Source: an uncultured Acidobacteriota bacterium
Lineage (GTDB): Bacteria > Acidobacteriota > UBA6911 > RPQK01 > JAPXNP01
Reading direction: 5' to 3'
DNA: 64,000 nt
Assembly: GCA_963777605.1 (NCBI GenBank)
Contig: CAVZRV010000029.1
Span: 224,001 to 288,000, forward strand
In this document: one piece after another, positions 41,753 through 52,744 of the stretch
Numbering within the stretch: position 1 is the stretch's first letter
How the letters are laid out: the number at the start of each line of letters is the position of its first letter
The notes under the pieces: model-generated
What the model saw: the letters and a program-made list of their open reading frames with translations, nothing else
The model's database searches: none
Told to the model about the DNA's origin: nothing
Program-made: the position numbers and the translations under genes

Positions 41753-41934
41753 TGTGCCTGCAGTGTGTCCGCGTGGATCACGGCTAATCTCACTCGATGC
41801 AACTCCAGCTCAAGGTCGGCTTTCAGCCTGACGCGGCTGCTCTTTATATTTCAACGACTTACAGAGATCACGCAACAGCCCTTAAAATCCTGTGGGGGGG
41901 AACCCCCGTACGGGTTCGATTCCCGTCCCGGGCA
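41753..41934 (+). repeat. attR-like site 2: 128-bp arm plus perfect tRNA-Leu 3' copy (41881-41934)
   Basis: Identical to 31244-31297; IHF-like site at 41849-41861. Confidence 0.92.
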
Positions 41935-42236
41935 TTTGCCCAGAACCCCCGTGCGACGCGGCTTTCCGGCTCGAAAACCCTCCTTCGCACTCCGCACTTC
42001 ACAGATCGCACTTTCCCCCGGTTGTGCCTGTACTGTGTCCGCGAGAATCCAACTCCAGCTCACTTGTAGCAAAGATGAAGAGGAGGTCTCTCCTCCTTCA
42101 CCTGAGATTTCCGGCTCAATCGTAGTCGGTGCTTCCCGATTGTCTGAGAAAGCCTGCGAATCGGGTTGCCTCCGGCACAGCCACCATTCATAATCCAGGG
42201 ACACCTCAAACCGCTTCCGAACGGAGGGCATTCGGT

Positions 42237-42686
42237 ATGAAAATGGTCAGTTGGATTCTATTGGCGATTGCTGCCACCCTGATTATTCTGGGCAGCCTCG
42301 CTTCCATCGGCGTCGCCTACTTTGCGTCCCCGTCGAATGACATCGTCGCAGGTTCGCTGTCTTTGGAGGACCTTCAGCTGAACTCTGAAGTGGCGACCGC
42401 CCTTCGAGGGAGGCGAGGCACGGCGGCATCATTCGGGCTGAGCCTGGGCGTTGTCCTGCTGTTCATCATCCTCGGCCCCTATCGACAGGGAGCGGGCTGG
42501 GCCTGGTGGGCAGTGCTGACGGCAGTCGTCCTGCTCTGCGGAGGGATGCTCCTGAGGATTCCTGCATTAGGCACGTTCCAGGGAGCAGGCACGGCCGGCT
42601 TTATCCTTCTCGTGACGATTCCCGCACTGCTGCTCAAGCTGGCAGCGAAACCGGCCACGGGCGGAACTGACAGTCCCGGGCTATAA
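42237..42686 (+). CDS. Hypothetical membrane protein (about 4 TM)
   Basis: Four hydrophobic segments, GPYRQGAGWAWW; GGAGG RBS. Confidence 0.7.
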   Translation: MKMVSWILLAIAATLIILGSLASIGVAYFASPSNDIVAGSLSLEDLQLNSEVATALRGRRGTAASFGLSLGVVLLFIILGPYRQGAGWAWWAVLTAVVLLCGGMLLRIPALGTFQGAGTAGFILLVTIPALLLKLAAKPATGGTDSPGL

Positions 42687-42759
42687 TCGAACTGTGACGG
42701 TGCGCCAGATTCTGGAAGAGGCGAGACAGCTGGAGCCGATCGAACGGGCTGAATTGTCT
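42683..42759 (+). pseudogene. 5' remnant of the addiction-module antitoxin with its -10 box
   Basis: TATAATCGAAC.(G/A)TGACGGTGCGCCAGATTCTGGAAGAGGCGA...GCTGAATTG, near-identical to 37625-37699, then diverges. Confidence 0.8.
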
Positions 42760-42902
42760 GAAGCAGGACGGCATTCCCGTTCCACCTCCTGCCTCCGAGA
42801 GCGAATTCGTGGAAGTCAACGCTGCTTTGGATTGTGGACGGGAGCCTTGATCGGTCTTCATAAGCCTCCGGCAGCCAAGAGTCGACTTTCAGAGTGACCC
42901 GG

Positions 42903-44402
42903 CTATCCGCCGGATTGACGGGCCTGGAGGATCATCATGAGAAACTCAGCCTCATTCATGCCTGCATACGGCATTTCGGGGTGTGGATCAACGGGGATGA
43001 TGGTATTCAAGTTGGACCAGTACGCCCGGTGGATTGTGTAGTCCTCGGTTTCGCCGTTCCACTCCAAAAAGAAAATGTATCGCTCGTTGAGTCTGGGGAA
43101 GCCCCGACCGGTGACCTTAAACGTGGCCCTTCGCTGCGGATCAATCTTGATCGATCCTCCGGCCCTGGTTCCTGTCAAGACTCCCTGAACAAGCGGCCAG
43201 GTCATGGTGCCGTCGATTACCCGCTCTACTTTGAGGCGATATTCCGAATAGATCGCCGAGCCGTCCAGAGAGAAGAAGCTCTCAATTTCGTCAACCGTCG
43301 CGATCACCACGGTATCGTGTGTCGGGTCCGCTAGTGACGGGACCTCCGTCGAGATACTTTCTCTGTTGGTCCAGCTCATGTGCCGTCGCTCCAGGAGGGG
43401 CGGTATCCCCGGCTGGTTGTACCGCGTCGATCTCCGTTCCCGTACACGGCTGGAAACTACGGTTGGATGCTGGGCCTTGCGGGGAGGTTCGGTTGATGAG
43501 AAACGGTCGATCTCCTTCCAAAGCTCCTCCAGCCCCATCGGGTTGCTGCGGAAGTGGACAACGGATTCTCGGTCGTGGGGTATCAGAAGGGGATCGAATT
43601 CCCAGATGCTGTCCATGGTGAACGCTTCCGAAAATTCGGGATAAATTCCGTTGCTACTTTTGAAAAACGGTGTGAATTGTGCGGCCCCCGCTTCGTCCGT
43701 CACTGCCATAAGCATGCCGCAGGCCCCGCAGGGGCACCCTCTTCGTGAAGCCACCAGCTCTTTCCCGGCCAGAGGCTCTCCATCGAGCAGGAAGGTTAGT
43801 CGCAGCTGCCGAGGTTCCCAGTACTCGATGACGACGGGAGTTACGTCAGCCGGTAACCGCATGATCAGCCAGTTATTTACGTTACTGGATTCGTCGTTTC
43901 CGACAATGTGCGCATTCCTGAGCGTCCGGAACCAAAACAGATACTCGAAATCGCCGTCAGGAACCTCGATGAGGCCCTGGTCGTTGCTCTTTGCCACCGC
44001 GAGCAGGTCGGCACCCGTTGCGACTCCACAGTGATTGGCAGTGCTCCAAAGCATGCTGATTTCAACCGTCTCTCCCACAACCGGCGTTCCGTCGGTCGTC
44101 ATCAGGCGAAGAAATCTCGTTTCCGGCCTTCGCAATCTGACGTCGATCGTTCTTACATCGTCGACCCTAAGCGCCACGGCTTCATGTCTCGGGAATGAAA
44201 CCGTCCGGGGAGCCGAGAGGTCCGTTCCCTCTTCGAACAAATCGAAGGGTTCCGACTTGAGCGCAGCATACCCGGGAGCCCGCAACAGGATTTGTCCTTT
44301 GACAAAGTGGTTGGGCATCCGTAGATCGGGCCACCAGCGCTGCAGTTCGGCGGGAGTGAGGACGACAGCCACGGTGCCGCCGGCCGGCTCAAGTGCGATT
44401 CG
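42903..44402 (-). pseudogene. Paralogue of 38736-40394 lacking its N-terminus
   Basis: Colinear protein similarity from the HRI/RHS segment to the C-terminal LMMILQARQS; signal region replaced by unrelated sequence. Confidence 0.75.
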
Positions 44403-44579
44403 GTGAGTGTCCCCCCAGGTGTAGCTCCATTTGGCGGTTTTCTGGCGTCCGGCGTTGTCGTAGCTCCAGTAGATCCCCAGCGGATTGGCCCCGTAGTCGT
44501 AGACGCCGGGCCACTTCGACTGAGTCAGCCCGCCGAGCTTGCGACCCCGTTGCGACGCATAGTCTTGCATGACCTGGTT

Positions 44580-45059
44580 TCATTGGCCAGGCGCAGGGTT
44601 CTCAACCTGAAGCCCCCCTCCTTCAACTCTGTAGCACTTCAGCAATTGGCTGCCGGACGGCTTGGTGCCAACAAACACTATTGACTCGACTGAATCGCTC
44701 TTCGAGGCTTCATTACGAAGCAATGGAGAGTTCTCAACAAAGGCGGCGATTGTCTCATCGCAGCTAGGATCGCGATGCCCTTGGACCAGGAAAAAGGGCG
44801 ATGCAGCAAGAATCTCGTCATTCAATGTTGTGTAACCAAAATGCTCGTATACAAGCTTCACTGTCAGACTCTTAGGTCCTTCAACACGGAATAGAAATTC
44901 CTCTTTATTTAGCACATGCGATGCCACCTGCATGGCTCTCTCAGCGGGCCGATAGGCAACTATTGTACCCCGAAACGAAATGGCCATCCGACCTGCGTGA
45001 CTGAAGCCCCCCAATGAAAGTATCAGGATCACAACGCCGCTCAAATTCAGGATTTTCAT
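44580..45059 (-). CDS. Hypothetical secreted protein
   Basis: Signal peptide, two Cys; ATGA overlap with a truncated upstream ORF (45056-45226). Confidence 0.65.
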   Translation of the reverse strand: MKILNLSGVVILILSLGGFSHAGRMAISFRGTIVAYRPAERAMQVASHVLNKEEFLFRVEGPKSLTVKLVYEHFGYTTLNDEILAASPFFLVQGHRDPSCDETIAAFVENSPLLRNEASKSDSVESIVFVGTKPSGSQLLKCYRVEGGGLQVENPAPGQ

Positions 45060-45336
45060 GGCTTCTTCACCTCGACCTTGACTGGGTAGACACTGTAAGG
45101 CGCGCCCTTTTGTTTCAAGAAATCGGCCTGAGGAACTGGAGTTACGAACTTCAGGGTGATCCGCTCAGTCGTTCGGGTGCCGTGCACAAGCATATTCACG
45201 GTTGCGGCCGTGACCATGCTGCCCTGCACTGCTGTCCAATTTAGCGACGATTAGAGAACCACCCCCGCGTCCTGACTGGCTTTCCGACTCGATTTTCTCG
45301 TTGTCCATGTCCAGGCCTCCGATTCTGCTGTCCGGA

Positions 45337-46089
45337 TTACGCGAAAGGGAGACTGGTCTGAGCGACCTCCGGCAGTTCCGGTGGGGACTCGAAGGGCTCG
45401 TTCAACCAGGTCCACAAGTCGCGATGCACGAACAGGTTCATGCGCAACAGCGCCGCCAGATTGGACAGGGACCAATCATAGGTCGACTTCAACTGCAGGA
45501 AGCGAAGGATCAGCATGGAGATCAGTGCTGTCCAAATTTGAGTCTTCAATGCGTTCGGGCTGGTGCCGACGAAGGTCTTGATCTTCAGGTTCTGCTTGAG
45601 GGCCTTGAAGTCGTGATCCAGCAGGAGATGGAGTTTGACGGCCCCTTTGGTGCGCTGGAACCGGGCCCAGTCGAACAGCGATGCACACAGATCGATCACG
45701 GTGGCGTCCAGACTCACCAGCGGATTCTTGAACCGAAACGGCTTGCGACGGGGACCGACGGTCAAGGTCCGACAGCGATCCAGCAGACAATGGAACACCT
45801 GCTCGTAAAGCTCCCAGGGACGGTGCTCGTTGGCATAGGACAGAGTCGAGCGCTTGGGGATCCGGATCCCGAGGTGGCTCAATTTGCCTTCGCAACTGGC
45901 CAGCCCACCGCAGATTTCCCGCAGGCTTTGGGCTTTGCCCAGGTGGCAGAACAGCATGGAGACGAACTGGGTCCAGCAGCCAAAACCCCGGGCGTGGCGC
46001 TCGGCTTTGGTCTCTTGGACCAGTTTCTGGAACTCGAGACGCGGAAAAAGCTGGAGAAGTTGGCTGAAGATGCTGCAAAATCGACTCAC
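45337..46089 (-). pseudogene. IS4-family transposase with in-frame internal deletion
   Basis: IFSQLLQLFPR..F, QFVSMLFC.L...SLREI, RSTLSYAN, LDATVIDL, KLHLLLDHD joined directly to FKALKQNLKIKTFVGTS; the middle part present in copy 2 is missing. Confidence 0.88.
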
Positions 46090-46180
46090 GGCTGAGCTCT
46101 CCCTTCCGATTGGATCTGGTTTGGCAACCCAATCGTACGAGGAGCGGCTCAGCCGCTCAATCCTGAATTTCTAATTTGGA

Positions 46181-47872
46181 GTGCGGCCGGGCAAGGTCGC
46201 GTATTCGAACGGGTGGGAATCCCGTCCCGGTAAGGCAGGCCCGCCACCGGGTAGCGAGCCCTTGGAGCCGAGGGAGCAATCTCTCGGTTTAAGCGTAGGG
46301 CCGCAAGCAGTTAGGCCGTAAGCCGCAAGGCTGAAGGGATGGAGCCTCGAAAAAGACAATGGGAAGGACGACGCAGTTCCAAATGCGGAAGTCAACAGAG
46401 GCGGGACCGCCAGGGCCTGGTCTCGTTTCCTTCCCCGGGGTCGGAGACCACGGCATGGCTGACACGACGAGTGCGCGGCAACCCGGGAGACCCTGCTGGT
46501 GCTTCCCGAAAGGGGAGAGCTTTCGAACAACCGGAAGAAGGGAGGACGAGGGTAACGCCGGTAGGGAATCGGATCACCTCATAGTACCGAGGAAGGCGGG
46601 TAATGCCGCTGGAGGAAAGGAGGTGACGTGGTGAGCGACCGGAGTGGGGAGACACCGACCGTGCCCAGAGGCGGGGAATCGGTGAGAACGAAACTACTTC
46701 GGATAGCCGAGAAAGCCCGCAGAGAGCCGAAATTTCGGTTCACAAGCCTGTTTCATCTGATGAAAGAGGAATTGTTGCGGGGGTGCTTTGACCGACTGTG
46801 TAAAGATGCAGCGGCGGGCATTGAACCGAACGGTGTCGAGGGGGTGCGTGAACTGGATCGTGGAAGCGGATATCAAAGGTTTCTTTGAGAACGTGGACCA
46901 CGACTGGATGATGCGGTTTCTCTCTCATCGGATCGGGGACCGGCGGGTTCTTCGGTTGATTCGACGGTTTCTAAAGGTCGGAGTGGTGGAAGATGGGCGT
47001 GTGGAGCCGGCGGAGGAGGGCACGCCGCAAGGCGGAGTGATCTCGCCGCTTCTGGCCAACGTCTATCTTCATTACGTGCTGGATCTGTGGTTCGAGAGGC
47101 GGTTTCGCCAGAGCTGCCGCGGTCAGGCGAGATTGATTCGCTACTGCGACGACTTTGTGGTCTGCTTTACACATGAAGCGGAAGCACGGCGTTTTCAGAG
47201 TGAGTTGATCGAGCGGCTGGGGCAGTTTTCGCTGGAGGTGCAGCCTGAGAAGACGAAGGTGCTGGCCTTTGGGCCAAAGGCGGCGGCGAGGGCCGCGGCC
47301 GACGGCCGAAACAAGCCGGGGACCTTTGACTTTCTGGGATTCACGCACTACGGCAGTCGAAGCCGCAACGGCCGGTACTTTCGGATGAAGCGAGTGACGG
47401 CCCGGAAGCGTTTCCGAGCCAAACTCCACGCCCTGAAGGCCTGGCTGAAGGCGGTGCGGTCTCGGCTGACGACCCGGGAACTGTGGCTGGCCTATGGGGC
47501 CAAGCTCCGTGGGCATTATGGCTACTACGGTGTCTCGGATAACTCGGTCGGGATCGGGCGCTTTGCTTATGCGGCGGGACGGCTACTCTATAAGTGGCTG
47601 AACCGTCGCGGTGGCAAACGACGGCTGAGCTGGGATCAGTTCAACCGCATGGCCCGGCGATATCCGTTGCCGAAACCACGGGTGACGGTCAGCCTGTTCT
47701 GAGGTGAAAGATCCTACGGGGAGCCGGGTGCGTGAGGTGCGCAAGCCCGGTTCTGAGAGGGGCGGGTGACAACTGAAGGATGGTCGAGATCTTGTGGCAC
47801 CGCTGGGAAACCAGGCGGAAACGGAGAAAACAAACTTCGACCTAAGCTTTGGGAGGAACCCGTCTACTCGCC
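46181..47872 (+). mobile_element. Group II intron
   Basis: 5' GTGCG; RT ORF; domain V GAGCCGGGTGCGTGAGGTGCGCAAGCCCGGTTC at about 47721-47753; domain VI ending CTACTCGCC with a candidate branch A at -7. Confidence 0.88.
46682..47702 (+). pseudogene. Group II intron reverse transcriptase/maturase, with deletion of the RT1-2 region
   Basis: KLLRIAEKAR...FTSLFH...AAGI, then a jump to ALNRTV..EADIKGFF, GTPQGGVISPLLAN, RYCDD, FDFLGF, LRGHYGYY; no endonuclease domain. Confidence 0.88.
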
Positions 47873-47985
47873 CAAGAGTGGTACTAATGCGGTTCCTGTT
47901 TTAATGTACTACGGTTCTAGTGGGGAGACAGGCACTCACCATCTCTATATTCGAGAATTCGTATCACTTCGATAGGAGAGTTGAC

Positions 47986-48958
47986 ATGCATACTCGGAGA
48001 GCGATCCCCGTCGTGATGGGTCTTCTGTGCTTCTGCTGCTGGATATTCCAAACGAGTCTTGGTTTCGCCGAGGAAGCTTCGCCTGAATGATTTCCGGGTT
48101 GTCCTGCCGCAAGTGGCCCGAGGCGGATCCGGTTCGATCACGATCGAAACCCACATCGTTGTAGTCCATCCCGGCCCGAGCGTCGGGGCGATTGAAGTGG
48201 AGATCCACGGCTCTGACGATGAACTCTTGAGCCCCGGGAGTTTCGTTCTTGAATCCGGGGCATCCAGGGCGATTGACTTGGTCGGGGGAGAGCTACGCAA
48301 CGGCGCTGTGATCATCGCTGCATCAGCCGAACTCGGTGTAGCCGCGAACCTGGTGGTCCGCAAGTCGGGTGAAATTACATCTCAGGTTTCCATATCGGCC
48401 CGACCACTGGCAAGCCTCTTCGTCATTCCGGTGCTCTACGGGGGGCCGGAATCGTCGGTGAGCAATACGGGCATTGCGGCGTATTTCCAGACGCCCGGAA
48501 CGTATCGGGCCGATCTATTCGATCCGGACGGGAATCTTGTGGATTGGAAAGGGTTCTTCATTCCCACTCCCCCGACTCAGGTTCATGTCGCCGGATTTCT
48601 GGACGAGTGGTTCGAAATCCCTGACGGGTTTACTCAAGGCTCGGTGGTTTTCTACACGGTACGGGCTCAGCCCGTAGCGTTTGCGACCACTGCCTTGTAT
48701 TCCAAGGACGAGCGCCTGTGGGCGGCTCAAGCGTTTGAAATCAAGCGAGCGGATTACTACGCTGTCAGTCTTGTATCGAAGGATAACCTCGCGCAGGAGA
48801 TGGAAGGATTGGCCGAGCAGTATGGTCTCCAGCTGGACAGCGTGGGGACGTCAATCGCTCTGGTCGTGTGCGACCAAGAGAAGGCTCGGGCATTGGAGCG
48901 CGACCCGCGTGTTCAGAGCGTTCTCCCATCACGCTTCCCCATCGGTTTTGAGGATTAG
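47986..48958 (+). CDS. Hypothetical secreted protein (frameshift near 48080)
   Basis: AGGAG RBS and ATG 47986 give a signal peptide; the body has VLPQVARGG, NTGIA, H.AGFLDEWF; the C-terminus resembles a protease propeptide (ALERDPRVQSV). Confidence 0.6.
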
Positions 48959-49435
48959 TGGGCTTCGAGACAACATTCGTCAGACCTCTGAGAAATGAGG
49001 AAACAGTTAGTTTGCGGATTGGAGGTGGTCGGGAACGCATCTGCCGCGCTTCTGCCCCGCTGGAAAAGGCTCACGCGCTTGAGGGTAAGAATCGCCCTCA
49101 ATGTAGAATCCCATCGACTGCTCGGTTGGCCAGTGGAGACTGGCTGTTTCTCCGCCTGCGAATGGTGAGCTCTTGGGTGGATCAACAGCGGGAGGGAGAG
49201 AGTGGTAGCCGTGGAGTGGAGCCCGGAATGTGCGCATGCCTGACGGAGACGTCTCTTGAGGCATCCAACCCTACCTTCGCGATTGGGAGTTAAACGACAG
49301 CCTTCAGCAGGTCACTGTTTCCGTGTTGTGAGCATACGTACGACGCCTCAGCGTTTTATGCTCGCAGCCACCGCCTCCCGTGGCAGACCGAGGTGGTCAG
49401 ATGTCAGGAGGGTGGGATGTATTATCCTTGATTCA

Positions 49436-50440
49436 ATGGAAATTGACTGGCCGAACCGGCGCCGAATACTCCTATTTAGGCTGCTAGCCTTGTGTTTGGG
49501 AGTTATCTGTGCGCTTATCCTTTGTGAACTGGCCGCGCGCCTTCTCCCAATTGCGGTAGGTCGAGCCGGCCAGGAATTAGATTGGCTGAATTGGGACCTT
49601 GACCATGCACGCCGAGTTCTCGTGCTTGACAACAGGATGGGGTTCCGGCCTCTCCTGAGGTCGGAACCCCACTCGGAAGAAGCTCTTTACTCTCGCTTCG
49701 GAACTACTTTGAACTCGTATCCACCGAAGAAACGTCCTGGGATTGAGCGGATTCTCTTCATGGGCGATTCGGTGACCTTTCGGGGTCATATCATTGACGC
49801 ACTGCGTGAGTGCTACGGGACTGAGCGATATGAGTACTGGAACGCCGGCGTTGATTCCTTTAATACGACACAGGAGGTCGAACTGTATCGTCGCTACAAC
49901 TACAAGATCGATCCGGATAGAGTCGTGCTCACTTTCCACGTGAATGATTTCCAGATCACGCCAATCGCATTTGTCGGCCAGGATGGCGAGCTGCACGTGG
50001 TGGCCCCGGCAAGGCCTCTCTCAAGCCTTGACCGGTTCTTCGGCCGGTACTCACAGTTGTTCAGGGACTATCTCGCGGTTCGTTTCAGAGGGGAGCAGCC
50101 CTCCGTCGAGGCGTCTGCTGATGAGTTTCGCGAAGCTCTCGACCAATTGACTGTGCTGCTTCCCTCCAAGTGCTCTCTGACCGTCATCCTGTTTCCATAC
50201 TTGGCAGAGCGGGAGAAGTGGTCCGCCCGCGACTGCAGTGCCCGCGAAGTTGCGCTTGATGAACTGACTGCACGAAACATCCGCCACTTTGACTTGGCCC
50301 CTCTACTCTTTCAGGAGCTTAGGGCGGGACACAACGTACAGGAGGCTCCCGGCGATCATTGGCACTGCAACGTGGAGTTTGCCCGGAAGATAGCCGATTA
50401 CCTCTTTCGCGAAGGGCTTTTCCAGGCACTGTCAAATTAA
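49436..50440 (+). CDS. Membrane-anchored SGNH/GDSL hydrolase; last codons supplied by the IS6 end
   Basis: N-terminal TM, RILFMGDSVTF, NAGV, NDF, GDHWHCN. Confidence 0.78.
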   Translation: MEIDWPNRRRILLFRLLALCLGVICALILCELAARLLPIAVGRAGQELDWLNWDLDHARRVLVLDNRMGFRPLLRSEPHSEEALYSRFGTTLNSYPPKKRPGIERILFMGDSVTFRGHIIDALRECYGTERYEYWNAGVDSFNTTQEVELYRRYNYKIDPDRVVLTFHVNDFQITPIAFVGQDGELHVVAPARPLSSLDRFFGRYSQLFRDYLAVRFRGEQPSVEASADEFREALDQLTVLLPSKCSLTVILFPYLAEREKWSARDCSAREVALDELTARNIRHFDLAPLLFQELRAGHNVQEAPGDHWHCNVEFARKIADYLFREGLFQALSN

Positions 50441-51215
50441 CGGCCGTCGGCGAGAATGGCGGGATGAACCCCCCGAGCCACACTTGCCATCGCTTCCCAG
50501 CTCCGATCATCAGTCATGCCATCCGGTTGTATCACCGCTTCAGTCTCAGTTTCCGAGATGTCGAGGGCCTCTTGGCTGAGCGCGGGATTACTGTGTCGTA
50601 CGAGTCCGTGCGGTACTGGTGTCACAAGTTCGGGACGGTCTACGCACGAAGACTGAGGAACAAAAAAGGGTCGACTGGGGGATATTTGGCATCTCGATGA
50701 ACTCTTCGTCACGATCCGTTGAGAACGATACTACCTCTGGCGAGCCGTCGACCAAGACGGAGACACGATCGACATTCTGCTGCAGCAGAGACGGGATCGG
50801 CAGGCCGCTAAGCGGTTCTCTCGTAAGCTCTTGAAAGCCCAAGGATCTGGTCCCAACAGGCTTGTCACCGACAAGCTGAGAAGCTACCGTGCCGCTCATC
50901 GAGAACTGATTCCAACGATTCCCCACGCAACTGGGCAATACGAGAACAACCGGGTTGAGGTCTCACACCAGCCCACTCGACAGCGAGAACGCCAGATGCG
51001 CCGATTCAAGTCCGCAGGACAGGCCCAGCGGATTCCTGAGCATCCACGCAGCCGTCCAGAATCTGTTTCGAGTGGGGCGACACCTCCTCCGCTCGTGCCA
51101 CCATCGACTCCTCCGGGACCGTGCTTTCGGGTGTTGGCAACAGGCGACGTCCATCTCTTGGTGAGGCGGATTTGGGGGACCTGTCTCGCCCTCCCATCGT
51201 TAAGTTGACAATGCC
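50425..51215 (+). mobile_element. IS6-family element with degraded transposase
   Basis: 18-bp IRs GGCACTGTCAAATTAACG / GGCATTGTCAACTTAACG; HRFP..II...LYHRFSLSFRDVE, WHLDE, LWRAVDQDG, VTDKLRSY, NNRVEVSHQPTR in fragments. Confidence 0.9.
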
Positions 51216-51367
51216 GCCCCTGTCCCTTCCCTGGACGAAGAAGTAAGCCGAGAAAACCGCAGAGACAACTAACTCGAAACCTACAAAAGCAGAAAGGAAA
51301 TGCCCCGTCCCTTTTCCCTCCCACGATCTCGCCGGTCGCCAGACGATCAAAGATCGAAGGTGGCGCT

Positions 51368-52738
51368 CTACTCGGTCGCGGGGACGACACTCTCCCCAGC
51401 CATCGTGCTTTTCCGCTTCTTCAGGTATTGGTAGATTCCCTCTTCAGCCATCACCTCTTCAATCTCTTCGACTGTTCGCGGGACGAGATGGGTCAAGTTC
51501 TCACAACCATCTTCAGTGATTAAGACGGTATTCTCTATCTTTACTCCATCGATGACATTTCCATCCTTATCTCTGATCTTGATGGCTGGATCAGAGGCCA
51601 CCACCATTCCAGGTTTGAAGTATGTGGTTTTCGAGGAGATTCCGGCGCCGATCACATCATGCACGTCGAGCCCAATCCAGTGATTCGCCTCGATTCGATA
51701 GACGCCCTCTCTTTCCAGGTCGATACCCTGCTTGGCGAGAATCTCACGAACCTCAGCCTCCATATCGATGCTCCTGATGCCGGGCCGGAAGACCTTCCTC
51801 ATGGCTTCCTCAACGGCATAAATTATTCCATTCAGACGTTTCTGCTCCGGTGTAAACTTGCCGTTTATCGGAAATGTCGATGAAATGTCGACGACGTAAT
51901 GACCATATTCTCCACCCACATCGGGCATCACGATATCGCCGTCTTTGATTCTTCTGGAGTTTTGGGAGTAATGAGAGTCATACCACTTCGGGTCCGACGG
52001 GATAATGGGAGGATACCCGAATCCCTGGCCGCCAAGTCTCTTTATCTCATATTCGAAAATGGCCTCCAGTTCCCATTCGTACATCCCCGGCTCAGCAGAT
52101 CTCAGCACTTCCATGTAAGCCAGACTAGAAATCCTGGCCGCCTCTCGCATCACTTCGATTTCCGCCGGACTCTTGATGACTCTCAGTTCGGCAATCGCAC
52201 GGTTCAGATCGGAAAAGCGAAACGATGGGAAATTCTTCTTGATCTGATTGATAAAATGAACTTCTCTGGACAACCTGTTACTGGGATCGACCAGCCCTTT
52301 CGGTTGATACCCGGCATCATCACGATCGAATGGAGTGTAAATATGGTTCGTTTCCGCCTGAAATTCGAAAAGAATACGGCCAAGGTGGGAGACAGGCCGC
52401 ACTTCTTCGATACCCGTTTCTTCTTTGATCTTTTCCTCGGATGATATTTCGGGCAGGAAGAGAGTACTCTCCTTCTTTATTCCGTCTATGATCAGAATGC
52501 AATCAGGATCCTCGACTCCGGTGAAATAGATGAAGTTACTGTTCTGTTTCTCTCCTTCAGCGCCGACAAACAAAGCAATTCCGTCGGGAATCGACTTCAT
52601 CAACTGTGCTCTTCTGCGCTCGTATTCACTTTTTTCGAAGACTCCACCGGCGCACACTGTGGTTATGCTCAAAACTACTAGAACATTCAATATCGCAGAA
52701 AACCTGATTCGCACGATTCGACCTCCCGAGTTGAGCAA
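51368..52738 (-). CDS. Xaa-Pro aminopeptidase (M24B)
   Basis: RRAQLM, NFIYFTG, LRVIKSPAEI, DVGGEY.HY..DIS, HWIGLDVHD, GVKIENTVLITEDG. Confidence 0.9.
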   Translation of the reverse strand: MLNSGGRIVRIRFSAILNVLVVLSITTVCAGGVFEKSEYERRRAQLMKSIPDGIALFVGAEGEKQNSNFIYFTGVEDPDCILIIDGIKKESTLFLPEISSEEKIKEETGIEEVRPVSHLGRILFEFQAETNHIYTPFDRDDAGYQPKGLVDPSNRLSREVHFINQIKKNFPSFRFSDLNRAIAELRVIKSPAEIEVMREAARISSLAYMEVLRSAEPGMYEWELEAIFEYEIKRLGGQGFGYPPIIPSDPKWYDSHYSQNSRRIKDGDIVMPDVGGEYGHYVVDISSTFPINGKFTPEQKRLNGIIYAVEEAMRKVFRPGIRSIDMEAEVREILAKQGIDLEREGVYRIEANHWIGLDVHDVIGAGISSKTTYFKPGMVVASDPAIKIRDKDGNVIDGVKIENTVLITEDGCENLTHLVPRTVEEIEEVMAEEGIYQYLKKRKSTMAGESVVPATE

Positions 52739-52744
52739 AGCCTG

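Larger units (their letters stand above)
38433..41934. mobile_element. tRNA-Leu-integrated module 2 (no integrase)
   Basis: Lies between tRNA 3' copies 1 and 2. Confidence 0.7.
45227..47880 (-). mobile_element. IS4-family element (DUF4372 + DDE), internally deleted, with one inverted repeat split by a group II intron
   Basis: IR CACTGCTGTCCAATTTAG (45227-45244) versus the rejoined 46171-46180 + 47873-47880 (reverse complement CACTCTTGTCCAAATTAG). Confidence 0.8.

Noticed and set aside
46682-47702. Retron, DGR or defence-associated reverse transcriptase
   Set aside because: The GTGCG 5' end, canonical domain V/VI and maturase X domain identify a group II intron.
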